Shown here piece by piece: positions 11,713 through 24,743 of a DNA stretch of 64,000 bases. The notes below the pieces were generated by a model. The model saw only the letters and a program-made list of their open reading frames with translations, was not told the DNA's origin and did not search any database. The position numbers were made by a program, and so were the translations under genes. The DNA comes from Octopus bimaculoides. Lineage: Eukaryota. Within the stretch, counting starts at the first letter, position 1. Every line of letters begins with the position of its first letter. The stretch is from NCBI RefSeq assembly GCF_001194135.2, contig NC_068999.1, forward strand, positions 4,918,860 through 4,982,859, read 5' to 3'.

Positions 11713-11920
11713 AAGAAACTATTTTATGACTCCATCCAACAAGACAATTACTTCCAGGGAGGCCAGAAAAGTCGCTTCAAAGATATTCTAAAAGCCTTCA
11801 GCATAAGCCATAACAGACTGGATATTATTGTTCAGGACAGGCAAGAAAAAACATAGAGGTCTGCTGCCTGCTGATGCAATATCATTTTGGAAATCAAAGA
11901 GAAAGAGGACAACTACGGAC
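11713..11920 (+). mobile_element. RTE-clade LINE ORF2 3' remnant
   Basis: Translates KKLFYDSIQQDNYFQGGQKSRFKDILKAFSISHNRLDIIVQDRQ, matching the RTE LxYGEL..G.R..GGQ.KRxKD.LK...A.DR motif. Interrupted by stops. Confidence 0.7.
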
Positions 11921-12478
11921 AACCGTTTCTAAACCTTCGACTTCTATATCCAGATTCTAAATTCACATTTATATAAATAATAATTAGTATATTTGGTTTT
12001 GTAGATAAATACCTAAGTGAGAATCTGGATAAGCTAGTATTTCCAAGAAAAAAAAATCAACCTGCTGATTCGCACAATCTGTAAGCAGAACAGTTAAAAT
12101 ATGCAAAACTTTTCTCAAGTCTCGGCGAAAAGTTCTTCGTCACTTTTGTTCTACCATACATAATCCTCCAATCATTATCCTCTCCGCCGTCGCCTACATA
12201 ATAACGCATATTCGTGCGTGTGGGAGTGTGTTACTATGTGTGTATATGTGTGTGTGTGTTCGCGTTTATTAAAGTGTATGTGTAGATGTGTGTATATGTA
12301 TGTATGTGTACGTATATATATGTGTATGTGTGTGTGCGTGTGAAAGTAGTTTTCGCCAGTTTCTCTTCCCTTCTATAAAAGTTTGGTATGGAGCTTCTCT
12401 CGTCTTCTGTTATTACACACAGGATGTTTTACTATCACCTCCGACTTTAACTTGGTACGTAAAAATATACGCACATAC

Positions 12479-12510
<32 letters not shown>

Positions 12511-12964
12511 GTGTATATATATATATGTGTGTGTTTATAATGTGTATGTATGTATGTATATAATCGTTTTGATGAGCGAAACTTTGAAACTTTTTCTGAA
12601 TGTAATTGAGTTCAATAATTAATTAATGTTGTTGTTATTTAACCCCAGGTAATGTTTTAGCCTTGATCGAGCTGACCTATGATCAATCATTCCCAAACCA
12701 TGACCATCCCGCAATTTTTGTATGTATGTATACATACATATATAAATATATATACATATATATATGTATGTATGTATGTATATACCAAGGACTACATCGT
12801 TCAATGTGTCCTTCCTTTATTATAACGGTAGAGTGTGATTCGACTTGAGATTTGACTGCTATTTCCAGTAAGACGAGAGTGGTTTTTGATAAATGTTCTT
12901 TGAAGAAACTTCTAACCGAATTTTTTTTTTTTTGCTTCAGTTTGATCTCCCCTCCCCTTCCCTG

Positions 12965-12998
<34 letters not shown>

Positions 12999-13730
12999 AC
13001 TTTCTTTGTCTCTCTTTCACTTTCTTTGTCTCTCTCTCTCTCTCTCTGACTTTCTTTGTCTCTCTCTCTCCCTCTCTTTCTCTCAAAGACCAAAAAGGTG
13101 TTTGCGCCTCTTTCAAAACTAATTTCCAACTGTCATATTCTTCACTCTATGTATGTCACTATATGTAATATGCACNNNNNNNNNNNNNNNNNNNNNNNNN
13201 NNNNNNNNNNNNNNNNNNNNNNNNNNNNNNNNNNNNNNNNNNNNNNNNNNNNNNNNNNNNNNNNNNNNNNNNNNNNNNNNNNNNNNNNNNNNNNNNNNNN
13301 NNNNNNNNNNNNNNNNNNNNNNNNNNNNNNNNNNNNNNNNNNNNNNNNNNNNNNNNNNNNNNNNNNNNNNNNNNNNNNNNNNNNNNNNNNNNNNNNNNNN
13401 NNNNNNNNNNNNNNNNATATATATATATATATATAAAGGGGCACGATGTACAATAAAAAAAAAAGACTATCTCTTCAGATAGGGAAAGAATCGATGAGAC
13501 AATCACATATATATGAACAAATGTTCTTATGTATCACTTGCACGTGTAGGTGTTTTGGAAACCTTTCTAAATTCTTCAGTGATTCGACACGAAGATTACA
13601 TACACACACACACATTAAAGTAATAAAGTTAATGTCTGGTCAAAGAGTGACCAATCGTTTCGCATCCATGAAGGCTGTAGCTTCGCGGACAACTCATCAG
13701 ACTCTAGTCCGAAGACAAGTTCAAGTCTTC

Positions 13731-13866
13731 ACCTCTGGGAGGGAGGAATCTGTTACAGTCATTGGTCATTTGGTCATCAAAGAATAAATATTCCGCTGTT
13801 AGTGACCGTTTATTCTTTGATGACTAAATGACCAATGACCATAACAGATCTCTACCTCCCAGAGGT
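13731..13866. repeat. Inverted repeat: 58-bp arms (52/58 identical), 20-nt loop
   Basis: 13731-13788 versus the reverse complement of 13809-13866, compared by hand. Confidence 0.9.
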
Positions 13867-15042
13867 AAGGAGTTAAATCTGTTGGAGAGGAGGAGACTTT
13901 TAGAGTTATGCTTTTATATATATGTGTGTATATGTCATCTATATATATATCTCTCTCTTCCTTTACTCAACCATCCCATTTATATTCTGATCGTCCTTTG
14001 TGAGTATGCCCGGCATTTGGCCACCATCTCTATCCTGCTGTTTCCCACTCTCTCTCGCTCTCTCTTTCTCCTGCACTTCCCTTAGCTTGGGTAACCATGT
14101 ATTTCCGGTGTGGCAGCACACCTGTTTCTATCTTCATCCTAGATCTTTCTCTCTCTTTCTCTGACCTGGTAACCTCGTACTTCCTCCACAGCAAGACACC
14201 TGTTTCGGTCTCTTTGTCTCACTATAACCTTTCATCATCCAACACAAGATCACTTCCTCCAATGCCCCCCCTCCCTTCTTGAACGCTTTTTTCTTTTTGT
14301 TTTTGTCTTGCAAGGTACTTGGTGACCCTGCCAGTGCAGGTGCCACTTAAAAGCATCCAGTCCACACTGTAAAGTGGTTGGCATTTGGAAGGGCATCCAA
14401 CTGTAAAAACCATGCCAAAACATGTAAAGGGTACCAGCACTGACCACAACTATGATTTCACTTGGCTTGACGTGTCTTCTCAAGCAAGCCACCAGGGATC
14501 AAGTAGATTTTAGCAGATTAACTTAAAAGCACATCCTACCTGTAAGGTGACAGGCCCGCAGAGTCGTTAGTGCGTCAGGTGAGATGCACAGCAGTATTTC
14601 GTCCATCTTTGTGGCCTGAGTTCAAATTTCACTGAGGTTGATTTTGTCTCTCCTCCTTTCGGAGGTCAATAAAATAAATACCAGTCATGCACTGGGGGTC
14701 GATGTAATTGACTGGCCCCTTCCCCCAAAACTTTTAGGCCTTGTTTTTTGTACTACTACCATCACTACCACTGTTCTATAAACTACAACTACAACAATTG
14801 TAAACCCCATAACTGCCGCTACTAATCTATGTACTACTACTACTACTACTACTACCACTACTACTACTACTAACACCACCACTGCCAAACATACATATTT
14901 GTTCATCCTATTTATTCCCATGTAAACATGGAGGGTCTGTTAAAATAAACTTTAATGTGGTGAATGGAAAATGACATAGAACTTCACAAGAGGCAGATTC
15001 TTTCTAGGCGCTGGTCACCTCATGTACACATATACATGCAAT

Positions 15043-15090
<48 letters not shown>

Positions 15091-15817
15091 CTCCCCCCCC
15101 CCACTCTGATTGTCTGTCTGTCTGTCTCTTTCTCGCTGACATCACCATCATCATTTATGTACTCAATGACTTGAAATGTGACAAAGTTTGACTCATCTAC
15201 AGTCAATGACTTGTGTAACGTGTGTGTGTGTGTTTAGCAGTGATGGATAGTCTGAAAAGGAATGGCTGAAACCAGCCTCCTTAACCAAAGGTGTTGGTGT
15301 TGTCGATGTCAGCACCATAAACTAGTCAAACACTCCTTATGAAAGAGTTAAGAAGTACTCTCCATGTGGTCTCTTGATTTGCTAGAAATATCAGCCAAGT
15401 CTGTCTCTAATCACACACAACCATCTTAAGACACAAAGGATATATATATCAGAGAGTACAGTCCTAGATATAGATTAGCTGGATAAATGGAATGGTCACA
15501 ACTGGATCAGGCTTCTCTCAGTTTCCGTCAACCGAATCCACTCACAAGGCTTTGGTTGGCCCGAGGCTACAGTAGAAGACACTTGCCCAAGGTGCCACAT
15601 AGTGGGACTGAACCGGAACCATGTGGTTCGTAAGCAAGCTACTTACCACACAGCCACTCTAATGCCTCTCTTTTTTTTTTTCCTCTCAATCTTTTCTGTC
15701 AAAGAGCATAGGCTCAAAACATCAAATACTTTTCCATTCTTCCTGAGCATTAAACTAATAATACACCTGCTTTTTGTTCCCTCACCTGTCTTTGTTTTTT
15801 GTTTTCTGTAAATTGAA

Positions 15818-15857
<40 letters not shown>

Positions 15858-17347
15858 NNNNNNNNNNNNNNNNNNNNNNNNNNNNNNNNNNNNNNNNNNN
15901 NNNNNNNNNNNNNNNNNNNNNNNNNNNNNNNNNNNNNNNNNNNNNNNNNNNNNNNNNNNNNNNNNNNNNNNNNNNNNNNNNNNNNNNNNNNNNNNNNNNN
16001 NNNNNNNNNNNNNNNNNNNNNNNNNNNNNNNNNNNNNNNNNNNNNNNNNNNNNNNNNNNNNNNNNNNNNNNNNNNNNNNNNNNNNNNNNNNNNNNNNNNN
16101 NNNNNNNNNNNNNNNNNNNNNNNNNNNNNNNNNNNNNNNNNNNNNNNNNNNNNNNNNNNNNNNNNNNNNNNNNNNNNNNNNNNNNNNNNNNNNNNNNNNN
16201 NNNNNNNNNNNNNNNNNNNNNNNNNNNNNNNNNNNGTAAGTATTTGAGGTGAGACCCTCCAAATGTGGAAAAGAGAAAGACAATGGTTTCATAATCTCTA
16301 GACCCTGTATTAATGTTTGTTTTTACATCAAGTTTTATATAAAAACAAATTTGAGAAGGATTGCTCAATACTTTTCAGTAAAGGACATGTTTATTAGACT
16401 TTTACAAGAATACAAGAGACAGGGGTTACGAGATGTGTGTGTGTATGTATATATCTATGCGTGTGTGTGTGTGTATGTATGTATCTATGTGTGTGTGTGT
16501 ATATATATCTATGCGTTGTGTGTATGTATGTATGTGTCTATGTATGTGTCTGTGTGTGTGTGTGTATCAGTTTCTGTCTACCTAATCCACTCATCTACTA
16601 CTACGGTAGAAGACACTTGCCCAAGGTACCACATTGTGGGACTGAACCCAGAACCATGTGTTTGGGAGGCAAACTTCCTACCACACAGCCATGTGCATGC
16701 GTGCGTGTGTGTAATGTTTGACTCTTTCGGTCCTTATTCCTCTTCCACTCTCTCTCTCTCTTCCTCACTCCCCCCTCTCTGCGTATGACCTTGAAATAAG
16801 AAACAGGATTACTACAAGGTCAAGGCTGGTTAATGGCTTCCCTCCCACTCTCTCTTATTCTCCCTTCATATCCCTCTGCCCCCACCCAACACAGTCAGAG
16901 TGAAAGGGGATTGGATTTTGTGGGTGGTGCTGGTGGTGGTGTAGACAGACACTCCCTGGTATTCTCTCCCACCTCTGCCACCATCCTCCCACCTTTCTCA
17001 AATGGCCATCTGTGCAGTCACATTGCTTACTATCACTGCTGCTGCTGTTGCTACCCCTGCTACTACTATTAGTATTGCTACATTTTGTAAGCTTTCCATC
17101 CACCCTGACTTGGGTACTTTGCCGTTTGTCATCTGCATGTCCCCACTCCACCACCATTAGATACAAACACAATTCTCTTGCGCTCAAACTCACGCATACA
17201 TATAAAAGTGTAAGCATGGCTGTGGGGCTAAGAAGCTTCCCAACCACATGGTTTCAGGTTCAGTCCCACTTTCTGGTACCTTCGCCAAGTGTTGTCCACT
17301 GTAGTCTTAGGCCAACCAAAAGCTTTATGAGTAGATTTCAAAGAAGC

Positions 17348-17385
<38 letters not shown>

Positions 17386-19919
17386 NNNNNNNNNNNNNNN
17401 NNNNNNNNNNNNNNNNNNNNNNNNNNNNNNNNNNNNNNNNNNNNNNNNNNNNNNNNNNNNNNNNNNNNNNNNNNNNNNNNNNNNNNNNNNNNNNNNNNNN
17501 NNNNNNNNNNNNNNNNNNNNNNNNNNNNNNNNNNNNNNNNNNNNNNNNNNNNNNNNNNNNNNNNNNNNNNNNNNNNNNNNNNNNNNNNNNNNNNNNNNNN
17601 NNNNNNNNNNNNNNNNNNNNNNNNNNNNNNNNNNNNNNNNNNNNNNNNNNNNNNNNNNNNNNNNNNNNNNNNNNNNNNNNNNNNNNNNNNNNNNNNNNNN
17701 NNNNNNNNNNNNNNNNNNNNNNNNNNNNNNNNNNNNNNNNNNNNNNNNNNNNNNNNNNNNNNNNNNNNNNNNNNNNNNNNNNNNNNNNNNNNNNNNNNNN
17801 NNNNNNNNNNNNNNNNNNNNNNNNNNNNNNNNNNNNNNNNNNNNNNNNNNNNNNNNNNNNNNNNNNNNNNNNNNNNNNNNNNNNNNNNNNNNNNNNNNNN
17901 NNNNNNNNNNNNNNNNNNNNNNNNNNNNNNNNNNNNNNNNNNNNNNNNNNNNNNNNNNNNNNNNNNNNNNNGTGATGTTGATGTTGGTGGTGGTGGTGGT
18001 GGTGGTGGTGGTGGTGGTGATAGTAGTAGCCAGTTGTCAGAGGAGTGGTTAAGAAATGCCAGTTGACATGACATGAGTGAAAAGGTCGGAGGTGAAAGGT
18101 CATAAAGTTGTCACTTCTGACCCCACTTAATCTCATTTGGAATCTGGTTTAATCACAGGTTTAGGTGATCTTTTGCATTTCATTGGTGTGTGTTTGTGTG
18201 TACTTGTGTGTCTGTGATTGTTGCTCCATGTGCATGGATATATCTGTGTGTATGTGTTTGTCCATGTGTGTGTTTGTGGATGCGTATGTGTGTGCATCAG
18301 TCCATATGTGTGTTTGTATAGGTCTGTGTGTACATTATATGCTCATGTATGTGTGTTGGTTCATGTTTTCATGTGTGTGTGTGTGTGTATGTGATCGGTA
18401 GAATAGTTGGTGAGTCAGACAAAATATGTTGCAGTATTAGTTCCAGCTCTTTACAACCTGGATTCACCTGTAACGACATTAGTGACCATCTGTAAGATCT
18501 TTTGTATTTGTCTTGGACAATGTCAGAAGGTGCAGGGGGTGGGAAACGCAGGACTTGCTGCATTGTCAATAGCATAAGTTGGGAGTGAAAAGGAGTAGAG
18601 GGAACCCGTACAGAAACCTGTCGGGTGGATTCGGTCTGTAATTCAAAAGCTAGTTTTGTCACGCACTGGAACCGAAGCTGGTTCTGTCTGAGAATTACAT
18701 TAAGAGTACATCAATCACCATCATCGTCGTTGACACCAGCATCACTGTTACTATCACCATCATCATCATTGTCATCACTCATCATCATCATCACCCATCA
18801 CCATCATCATCACCCATTCCCATCATCATCACCCATTATCATCATCGTCATCATCACCAATATCATTATCACTCATCATCATCAATCATCTTCACTCATC
18901 ATCAATCATCATCACTCAACATCAATCATCATCAATCATCATCAATCATCATCACCCATCAATATCGTCATCATCACCCATCACTATCATCATCATCATC
19001 ACCCATCACCATCAGCCATGGTCTTCCATGCTGGTATGGGTTGGATGGCTTGACAGGATTCATGTGTCCATGAGCTCCAATGTCTGTTCCCACATGGTTT
19101 TTACGGTTGGATGCCAACCACTTTATCAAGAGCTAGAATGATTTTCATGTGGCACCAGTACTATTGAGGTTGCCATGCAATTCGCAAGACTATGAACCTA
19201 TGGGGAGGGGAAGGGGAGGTCGGCATTTGCTCTAAGGGAAGAGGGGATTACAATGAGAAAGGGGAGCAGAGCAGGTTCTTGCCAAGGGGTCTGCATAGCT
19301 ATACACATCTATTAGGGAAAAAGGATGGGCATTGATGCTCGCAATAACAATCGTCTGTGGAATACTCATCCATTTACACATTAACTCAAAGAACAGGTAA
19401 TTCAGACGAGATCAAACAACTGAATCCTCATTGTTGAACAGCAGAGATCTATTACCACCAGCCATCAGGGTTTGGCTGCTATTTCTAGTAGATCCAGTAG
19501 TAGCATACTGGTTCTTTCATTGACAATAGTGTTGTATCATGGGCAGATCTCCAACTGTGAAGCACATCATTAACAAATTGCTACGTTGCATTGTTATTTA
19601 TATTCAGCTTTGCCTGACTCATCTACTTGAGTTTGTATTTTCATGTATTTAAGGTGGAGGGGAGGGGAGTGAATGTGTTTCATGTTGTGAAGTAAAAATA
19701 TCTGTTGAAACAATTAAAATTGCACCTGTAATAGAAATAAACATCTTTTGGCGTTAATAATAATTGTTGTCGTAGAAAGGAAGGGAGACAACTTTTGAAT
19801 TAAAATCAGTTAAGAGTTTGTTGAATAATGGGGTGGGTTTAGTGGGGAGTGTGACAACTCTGGGCATATTTATACACACGCATGCACACACACACACACA
19901 CATGCACACACAAATTTAG

Positions 19920-20290
19920 GCACAGACATGGCTGGGTGGTAAGACGTAAGCTTCCCTATTGGTTCTGGGTTCAGTCCCACTGCATGGCACCTTGAGCAAA
20001 TGTCTTCTATTATAGCCCCTGGCCTACCAAATCCTTGTGCATGGATTTGATTGATGGAAACCGAATGAAGTCTGTTGTATATATATATCTATGTGTGTTT
20101 GTCCCCCACCACTGCTTGACAAATGGTGTTGGTTTGTTTATGTCCTTATAACCTAGCAGTTTGGCAATAGAAACTTATAGAATAAGCACCAGGCTTTAAA
20201 AACTAAGGTACTGGGATTGATTTGACTAAAACCCTTCAATGCAGTGCTCCAGCATGGCTGTAGTCCAATGACTGAAACACGTAAAGGATA
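19920..20290 (+). mobile_element. SINE family A, full-length older copy
   Basis: Head ggcacagacatggctgggtggtaag and tail gctccagcatggctgtagtccaatgactgaaacacgtaaagg. Other family A pieces at about 15510-15665, 16580-16700, 17215-17352, 34810-34930, 37070-37310, 45905-46190, 47380-47470, 51395-51560, 54590-54700, 55740-56162, 57495-57660, 58370-58500 and 63570-63740. Confidence 0.85.
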
Positions 20291-22018
20291 AAAGATATAT
20301 AATCTCTCAATACTACTCCCCCCAGTTGAGGGGGACTTTGTCTTTTCTTACAAGTTACTTCGTGACCCCCACCAGTCTTGGTGCCATGAAGAAAGCACTC
20401 AGTACACCCTGTAAAGTGGTTGACATTATGAAGGGCATCCTGTCATAGAAACCGTGTCAGACCAGATAACTGGAGCCTGGGCAGCTCCTGAGAGACCGTC
20501 CAACCATGCCAGCATGGAGAACAGGCATTGAATGATGGTGATTCAAGTTGAACTTCTGAGAGTATTCTCAGTGAAAAACTCAGAGTACTGACTTGGTTCA
20601 TGTTGAATTTATCAACCTTTATATGTATGTGTACGTTCATTAGTGTGTGTGTGTGTGTGTGTGTGTTCATGCATGTGCACACATTCACATGCGCACATGC
20701 AATAATAGATTTTTCAANNNNNNNNNNNNNNNNNNNNNNNNNNNNNNNNNNNNNNNNNNNNNNNNNNNNNNNNNNNNNNNNNNNNNNNNNNNNNNNNNNN
20801 NNNNNNNNNNNNNNNNNNNNNNNNNNNNNNNNNNNNNNNNNNNNNNNNNNNNNNNNNNNNNNNNNNNNNNNNNNNNNNNNNNNNNNNNNNNNNNNNNNNN
20901 NNNNNNNNNNNNNNNNNNNNNNNNNNNNNNNNNNNNNNNNNNNNNNNNNNNNNNNNNNNNNNNNNNNNNNNNNNNNNNNNNNNNNNNNNNNNNNNNNNNN
21001 NNNNNNNNNNNNNNNNNNNNNNNNNNNNNNNNNNNNNNNNNNNNNNNNNNNNNNNNNNNNNNNNNNNNNNNNNNNNNNNNNNNNNNNNNNNNNNNNNNNN
21101 NNNNNNNNNNNNNNNNNNNNNNNNNNNNNNNNNNNNNNNNNNNNNNNNNNNNNNNNNNNNNNNNNNNNNNNNNNNNNNNNNNNNNNNNNNNNNNNNNNNN
21201 NNNNNNNNNNNNNNNNNNNNNNNNNNAGGAAAAATGTTCGTGTCAAATGTCTTACTTAATTGATGCTGTGCGTCGTGTGGGGTGGGGGAGAATGGAGTGG
21301 CGATGGGTTGGTGGTGGTGGTGGTGGTGGTGGGTGGTGCTGCTTTTACACAGCTTCTCTTCCCGACATAGAACGAGGAAATGGGATCTCCAACACAATCA
21401 ACAATAACGATCGCCACACATTTTCACTATTTACTACAGCTGCTGCTGCTGCCCCTACCACTGCTACCACTATGGCAGTTAAGACAATTGACACCTCTCA
21501 TATGCATGGTCTAGCATATAAGAACTAGTTTTTTACTTTTACCTCGCTATTGTTGAAAGGTGACACTGGATTTCGGCAGAATTAAATCATTAGCAGCAGC
21601 ATCTTAGCATAAACAGATCCAAAAACCCAGTCTTCAGCAGAACTACTACTACTACTACTACTACTTCACCGATAAGAAAGGATCTCCCTGTTTCTCTTTC
21701 TTTCTCCCCTTCTCTCTAGGGTTTTTTTGTTATGGTTTAACCGCAGGTTATCCCAGAGTAAACAAAGGCACCTAGATGTAAGTATATCAAAGACAACATT
21801 ATCTAGCATGTCTTTTCAGTAATTTGAGGCAGATTTGGCTGCTATTTCTAGAAGCTCAATGCTTGTTGCTGTGAGGAGTCTTTGGTACAGTACAACGAGA
21901 TCAGTGATTGATGATATTTGACAATTTAAGCTTTGATTTGAGACAGTGACAGGTTGTGAACCCGATATCTTCTATGTCATCAGCTATACTAACACAGCAT
22001 CTATAGTGTTTATAAATT

Positions 22019-22215
22019 CAGTTCTACATTTTAGAAATGAGGAATTATGTACATTATTTACATTATTTACATTTGATGGATATACGCCTTAGGAACGAGA
22101 ACCCAGGTTCGAAATTTCCCCAAGACACCTGATAAAGGCTGGAGGGTATATCAGCCGAAACGTTGTGTTAACAACAAACAAGATGAGGACAAATATCCGT
22201 CAAATGTAAATAATG
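22019..22215 (+). mobile_element. Penelope-type palindromic element, internally deleted, with one hammerhead-like motif at 22124-22169
   Basis: Nearly identical to the arms of 61366-61646. It retains the short inverted ends cattatttacatttga..tcaaatgtaaataatg. Confidence 0.7.
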
Positions 22216-22823
22216 AATTTATAAATTGTTTCAGTTATTTTTACACTTGTACTTGTAGTTGCATTCACTTGTGGTAAGTTGAGCCGGCTTTGACCGATGA
22301 GTTCACCACGTCCCTCATGGAGGCTGACCACATTCAATGGTTGACTCTAACACTCCAGGAGGCAAAGCAATGCTTCTGCCCACAGCCTAAATATCCAGCT
22401 TGCAAATCTGACAAATGCTCCACTGAGACAGCAATCGTGATGGATGGCATCGGTGCCATTGCAGTAGTCCTCATTCGTTGTTGAGGTGTAGAGTTCATGT
22501 TTAGAGTTTCGGTGTGAATACAAGTTCACACGTGGTCCCTGGTCACATGTATACGCACTTTGGGATAGTGTGATTCATAAGAGCCCATCCTGCCATCGAT
22601 TGCTGGCCACCACAAAGGATTCACTGACCAAGTCACCACTGATTGTTGCAGCAGACGTAGCCTGGGTTTGAAGTGGGTGGTACACATGCTACTTAACCCA
22701 TAGCCGGAGCCCTAACAGGTGCTACTATTCTGGAACTCTTGTACCAAGGCCCCCATGACCAAATGCAGTTTAGAATCTTACCCAGGACATTTTAATGTTA
22801 TTCTATCTCCACACATGATATTT

Positions 22824-22975
22824 GATCAATCACTTAACACAAGTAAGATAGGTTATCATATATTTCCACTATATAATTAATTAGTCAGTCATTTTACACT
22901 AGCAAGATAGGTTATTGTGCATTATATCTTTAAAAGATAGTCAGTCACTTAGCACTAGCAACATAGGTAATTTCA
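22824..22975. repeat. Degenerate tandem repeat, about 3 copies of a ~55-bp unit (tagtcagtcacttaacactagcaagataggtta)
   Basis: The motif recurs at about 22824, 22882 and 22938. Confidence 0.6.
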
Positions 22976-23350
22976 CTAACCTACCACTATACTTCATACA
23001 ATAACAGCAACAACGACCAACTTTTTCTCTCCCCTCTTCAGAAGATACATGGCTCTGTAATTGGTACCAATTATTTGTTCTCCTTAATGAAGAGTTCTGC
23101 CCATACCATAAGATTTCTCCTCTTCCTCAATACAAACTAATTTATTCCTTATCACAAAATTCATGTACTTTTTGCCAGCACAAACCTTCACAAGTTCTTG
23201 CATCTCTGTTTCTTGTTGCTATATTCAATATTACAATATCAAAATGTTCTGCATAAGTTCATTGCTTTCTATGAGACATAAAACTTGTGAATCTAATTAA
23301 TGAATTAATTGCTAATTTCAAATAGCAGAAGCAGTTTATAGTATTTCTCT

Positions 23351-23510
23351 GAGTGGTTGGCGTTAGGAAGGGCATCCAGCTGTAGAAACTCTGCCAAATC
23401 GGACTGGAGCCTGGTGTTGCCATCCGGTTTCACCAGTCCTCAGTCAAATCGTCCAACCCATGCTAGCATGGAAAGCGGACGTTAAACGATGATGATGATG
23501 ATGATGATGA
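23351..23510 (+). mobile_element. SINE family C 3' portion, young copy
   Basis: Differs from the reverse complement of 3703-3859 by one substitution outside the (GAT)n tail. Confidence 0.9.
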
Positions 23511-24654
23511 GACAGAATATCAAGTTGTCTGTTGTGTGTTTGGAAATACTGGCAGCTGGCAAGAGTCTCAAATACAATTCAAGTCCTGGATGTAGAATTT
23601 ATAGTAATACATTAATTATAATCAGTTGGACGTATGATGTTTAATTGAGAACAAAGTTTGAAATGAGCTTGTCCACGTTTCACTACCTATGTCGCCACTC
23701 ATCTTATACATCCTCTTTAGTCTTCTATTTTCGCTATTAATATCTACATACTAATTGCCAAGCATGTGTTTATTATGTAAAATTGGTATATCCAAATTGT
23801 GTTACACTACTGTATTTGGTAACTATTTAAGCAGTGTGTTCATGGATGGTTATTGGGTTGGATGTGGTACTGAAGAGAGAACAAAAACTCCTGAAATATG
23901 GATATACACCCGTTCCTATTTTTCTATCTTTGATCACATTGTTTACATAAACGTATTCCTACATGAACTGTAACTTTCAGTGCTGGATCTAATTGCTATG
24001 GAAAATCTATAGAAATAACTCTACATTCATTATCCATGTTTCACCATCATACACTGCATTATCACACATCTTAGACATACACCACATGTAGAGAAACATG
24101 GACTGTGAATGTAAGAGGTTGTACCGGAATTGACAAGTAAATCATTTTAAGTTGTTGGATGTGCAATGCTTAACTTGAGACAAAGTTTGAATGTAATGAG
24201 ATGAAAGGACATGAAAGCTACATGTTAGTATGCAGAGGTTAAATAATTGTGTTATTACAGAGATCTTTAATAAAAGGAAAGATTAGAATTGGATTAAAAT
24301 AGACCATAGGTTGGTAGTAGAAACTACTTACTGTTGAAGTAGAGAAAGGTCGGCTTAGGAAGAAGGTATGTTTGAGAAAAATCTTGTAGGTCAAGTGTGA
24401 AAATGTTGATATTTCATAAATGAATTGACAGGCTGGTTGTGACTCATAAGACCACACTTAATGGCACGCCTAACATAAGTCAGCAAAAAAAAAAAAAAAT
24501 GAATAAACCCAGCACTGTCAATTCTGTTGAGTAACCAACTGTGATGTATGTGTGTGCTTGTGTTTTGTGAGCATGACCAAGTGATTGAAATTATTCAATT
24601 GGTAATACTCTCACCTGGATGGTTGATCCCATTGCTTGAAATCTTTTATAAAAT

Positions 24655-24742
24655 TATACTAAAATTGGAATGATACAGAGAAGAATTAGCATGGCCCCTG
24701 CGCAAGAATGGCACGCAAATTTGTGAAGCGTTCCATATTTTT
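24655..24742 (+). pseudogene. U6: U6 snRNA pseudogene, 5'-truncated (lacks first ~20 nt)
   Basis: TATACTAAAATTGGAAtGATACAGAGAAGaATTAGCATGGCCCCTGCGCAAGaATGgCACGCAAATTtGTGAAGCGTTCCATATTTTT equals metazoan U6 from nt 21 on, with 4 substitutions and 1 insertion relative to the vertebrate sequence I recall. The ACAGAGA box is intact; the 5' stem-loop is absent. Confidence 0.95.
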
Positions 24743-24743
24743 G

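Noticed and set aside
11947-12031. 12-bp inverted repeat (tatccagattct/agaatctggata) as a MITE
   Set aside because: The arms are short, there is no TSD and no second copy. Could be chance.
22260-22780. GC-richer segment as an exon or retroelement ORF
   Set aside because: All frames are interrupted. The faint RTE-like residues (EADHIQW) are insufficient for a call.
23030-23290. piggyBac cysteine-rich domain remnant
   Set aside because: It requires several frameshift edits to reconstruct, which is too speculative.
24655-24742. Functional U6 snRNA gene
   Set aside because: It lacks the 5' stem-loop, has substitutions in the internal stem-loop region, and shows no recognisable PSE/TATA at the proper spacing.
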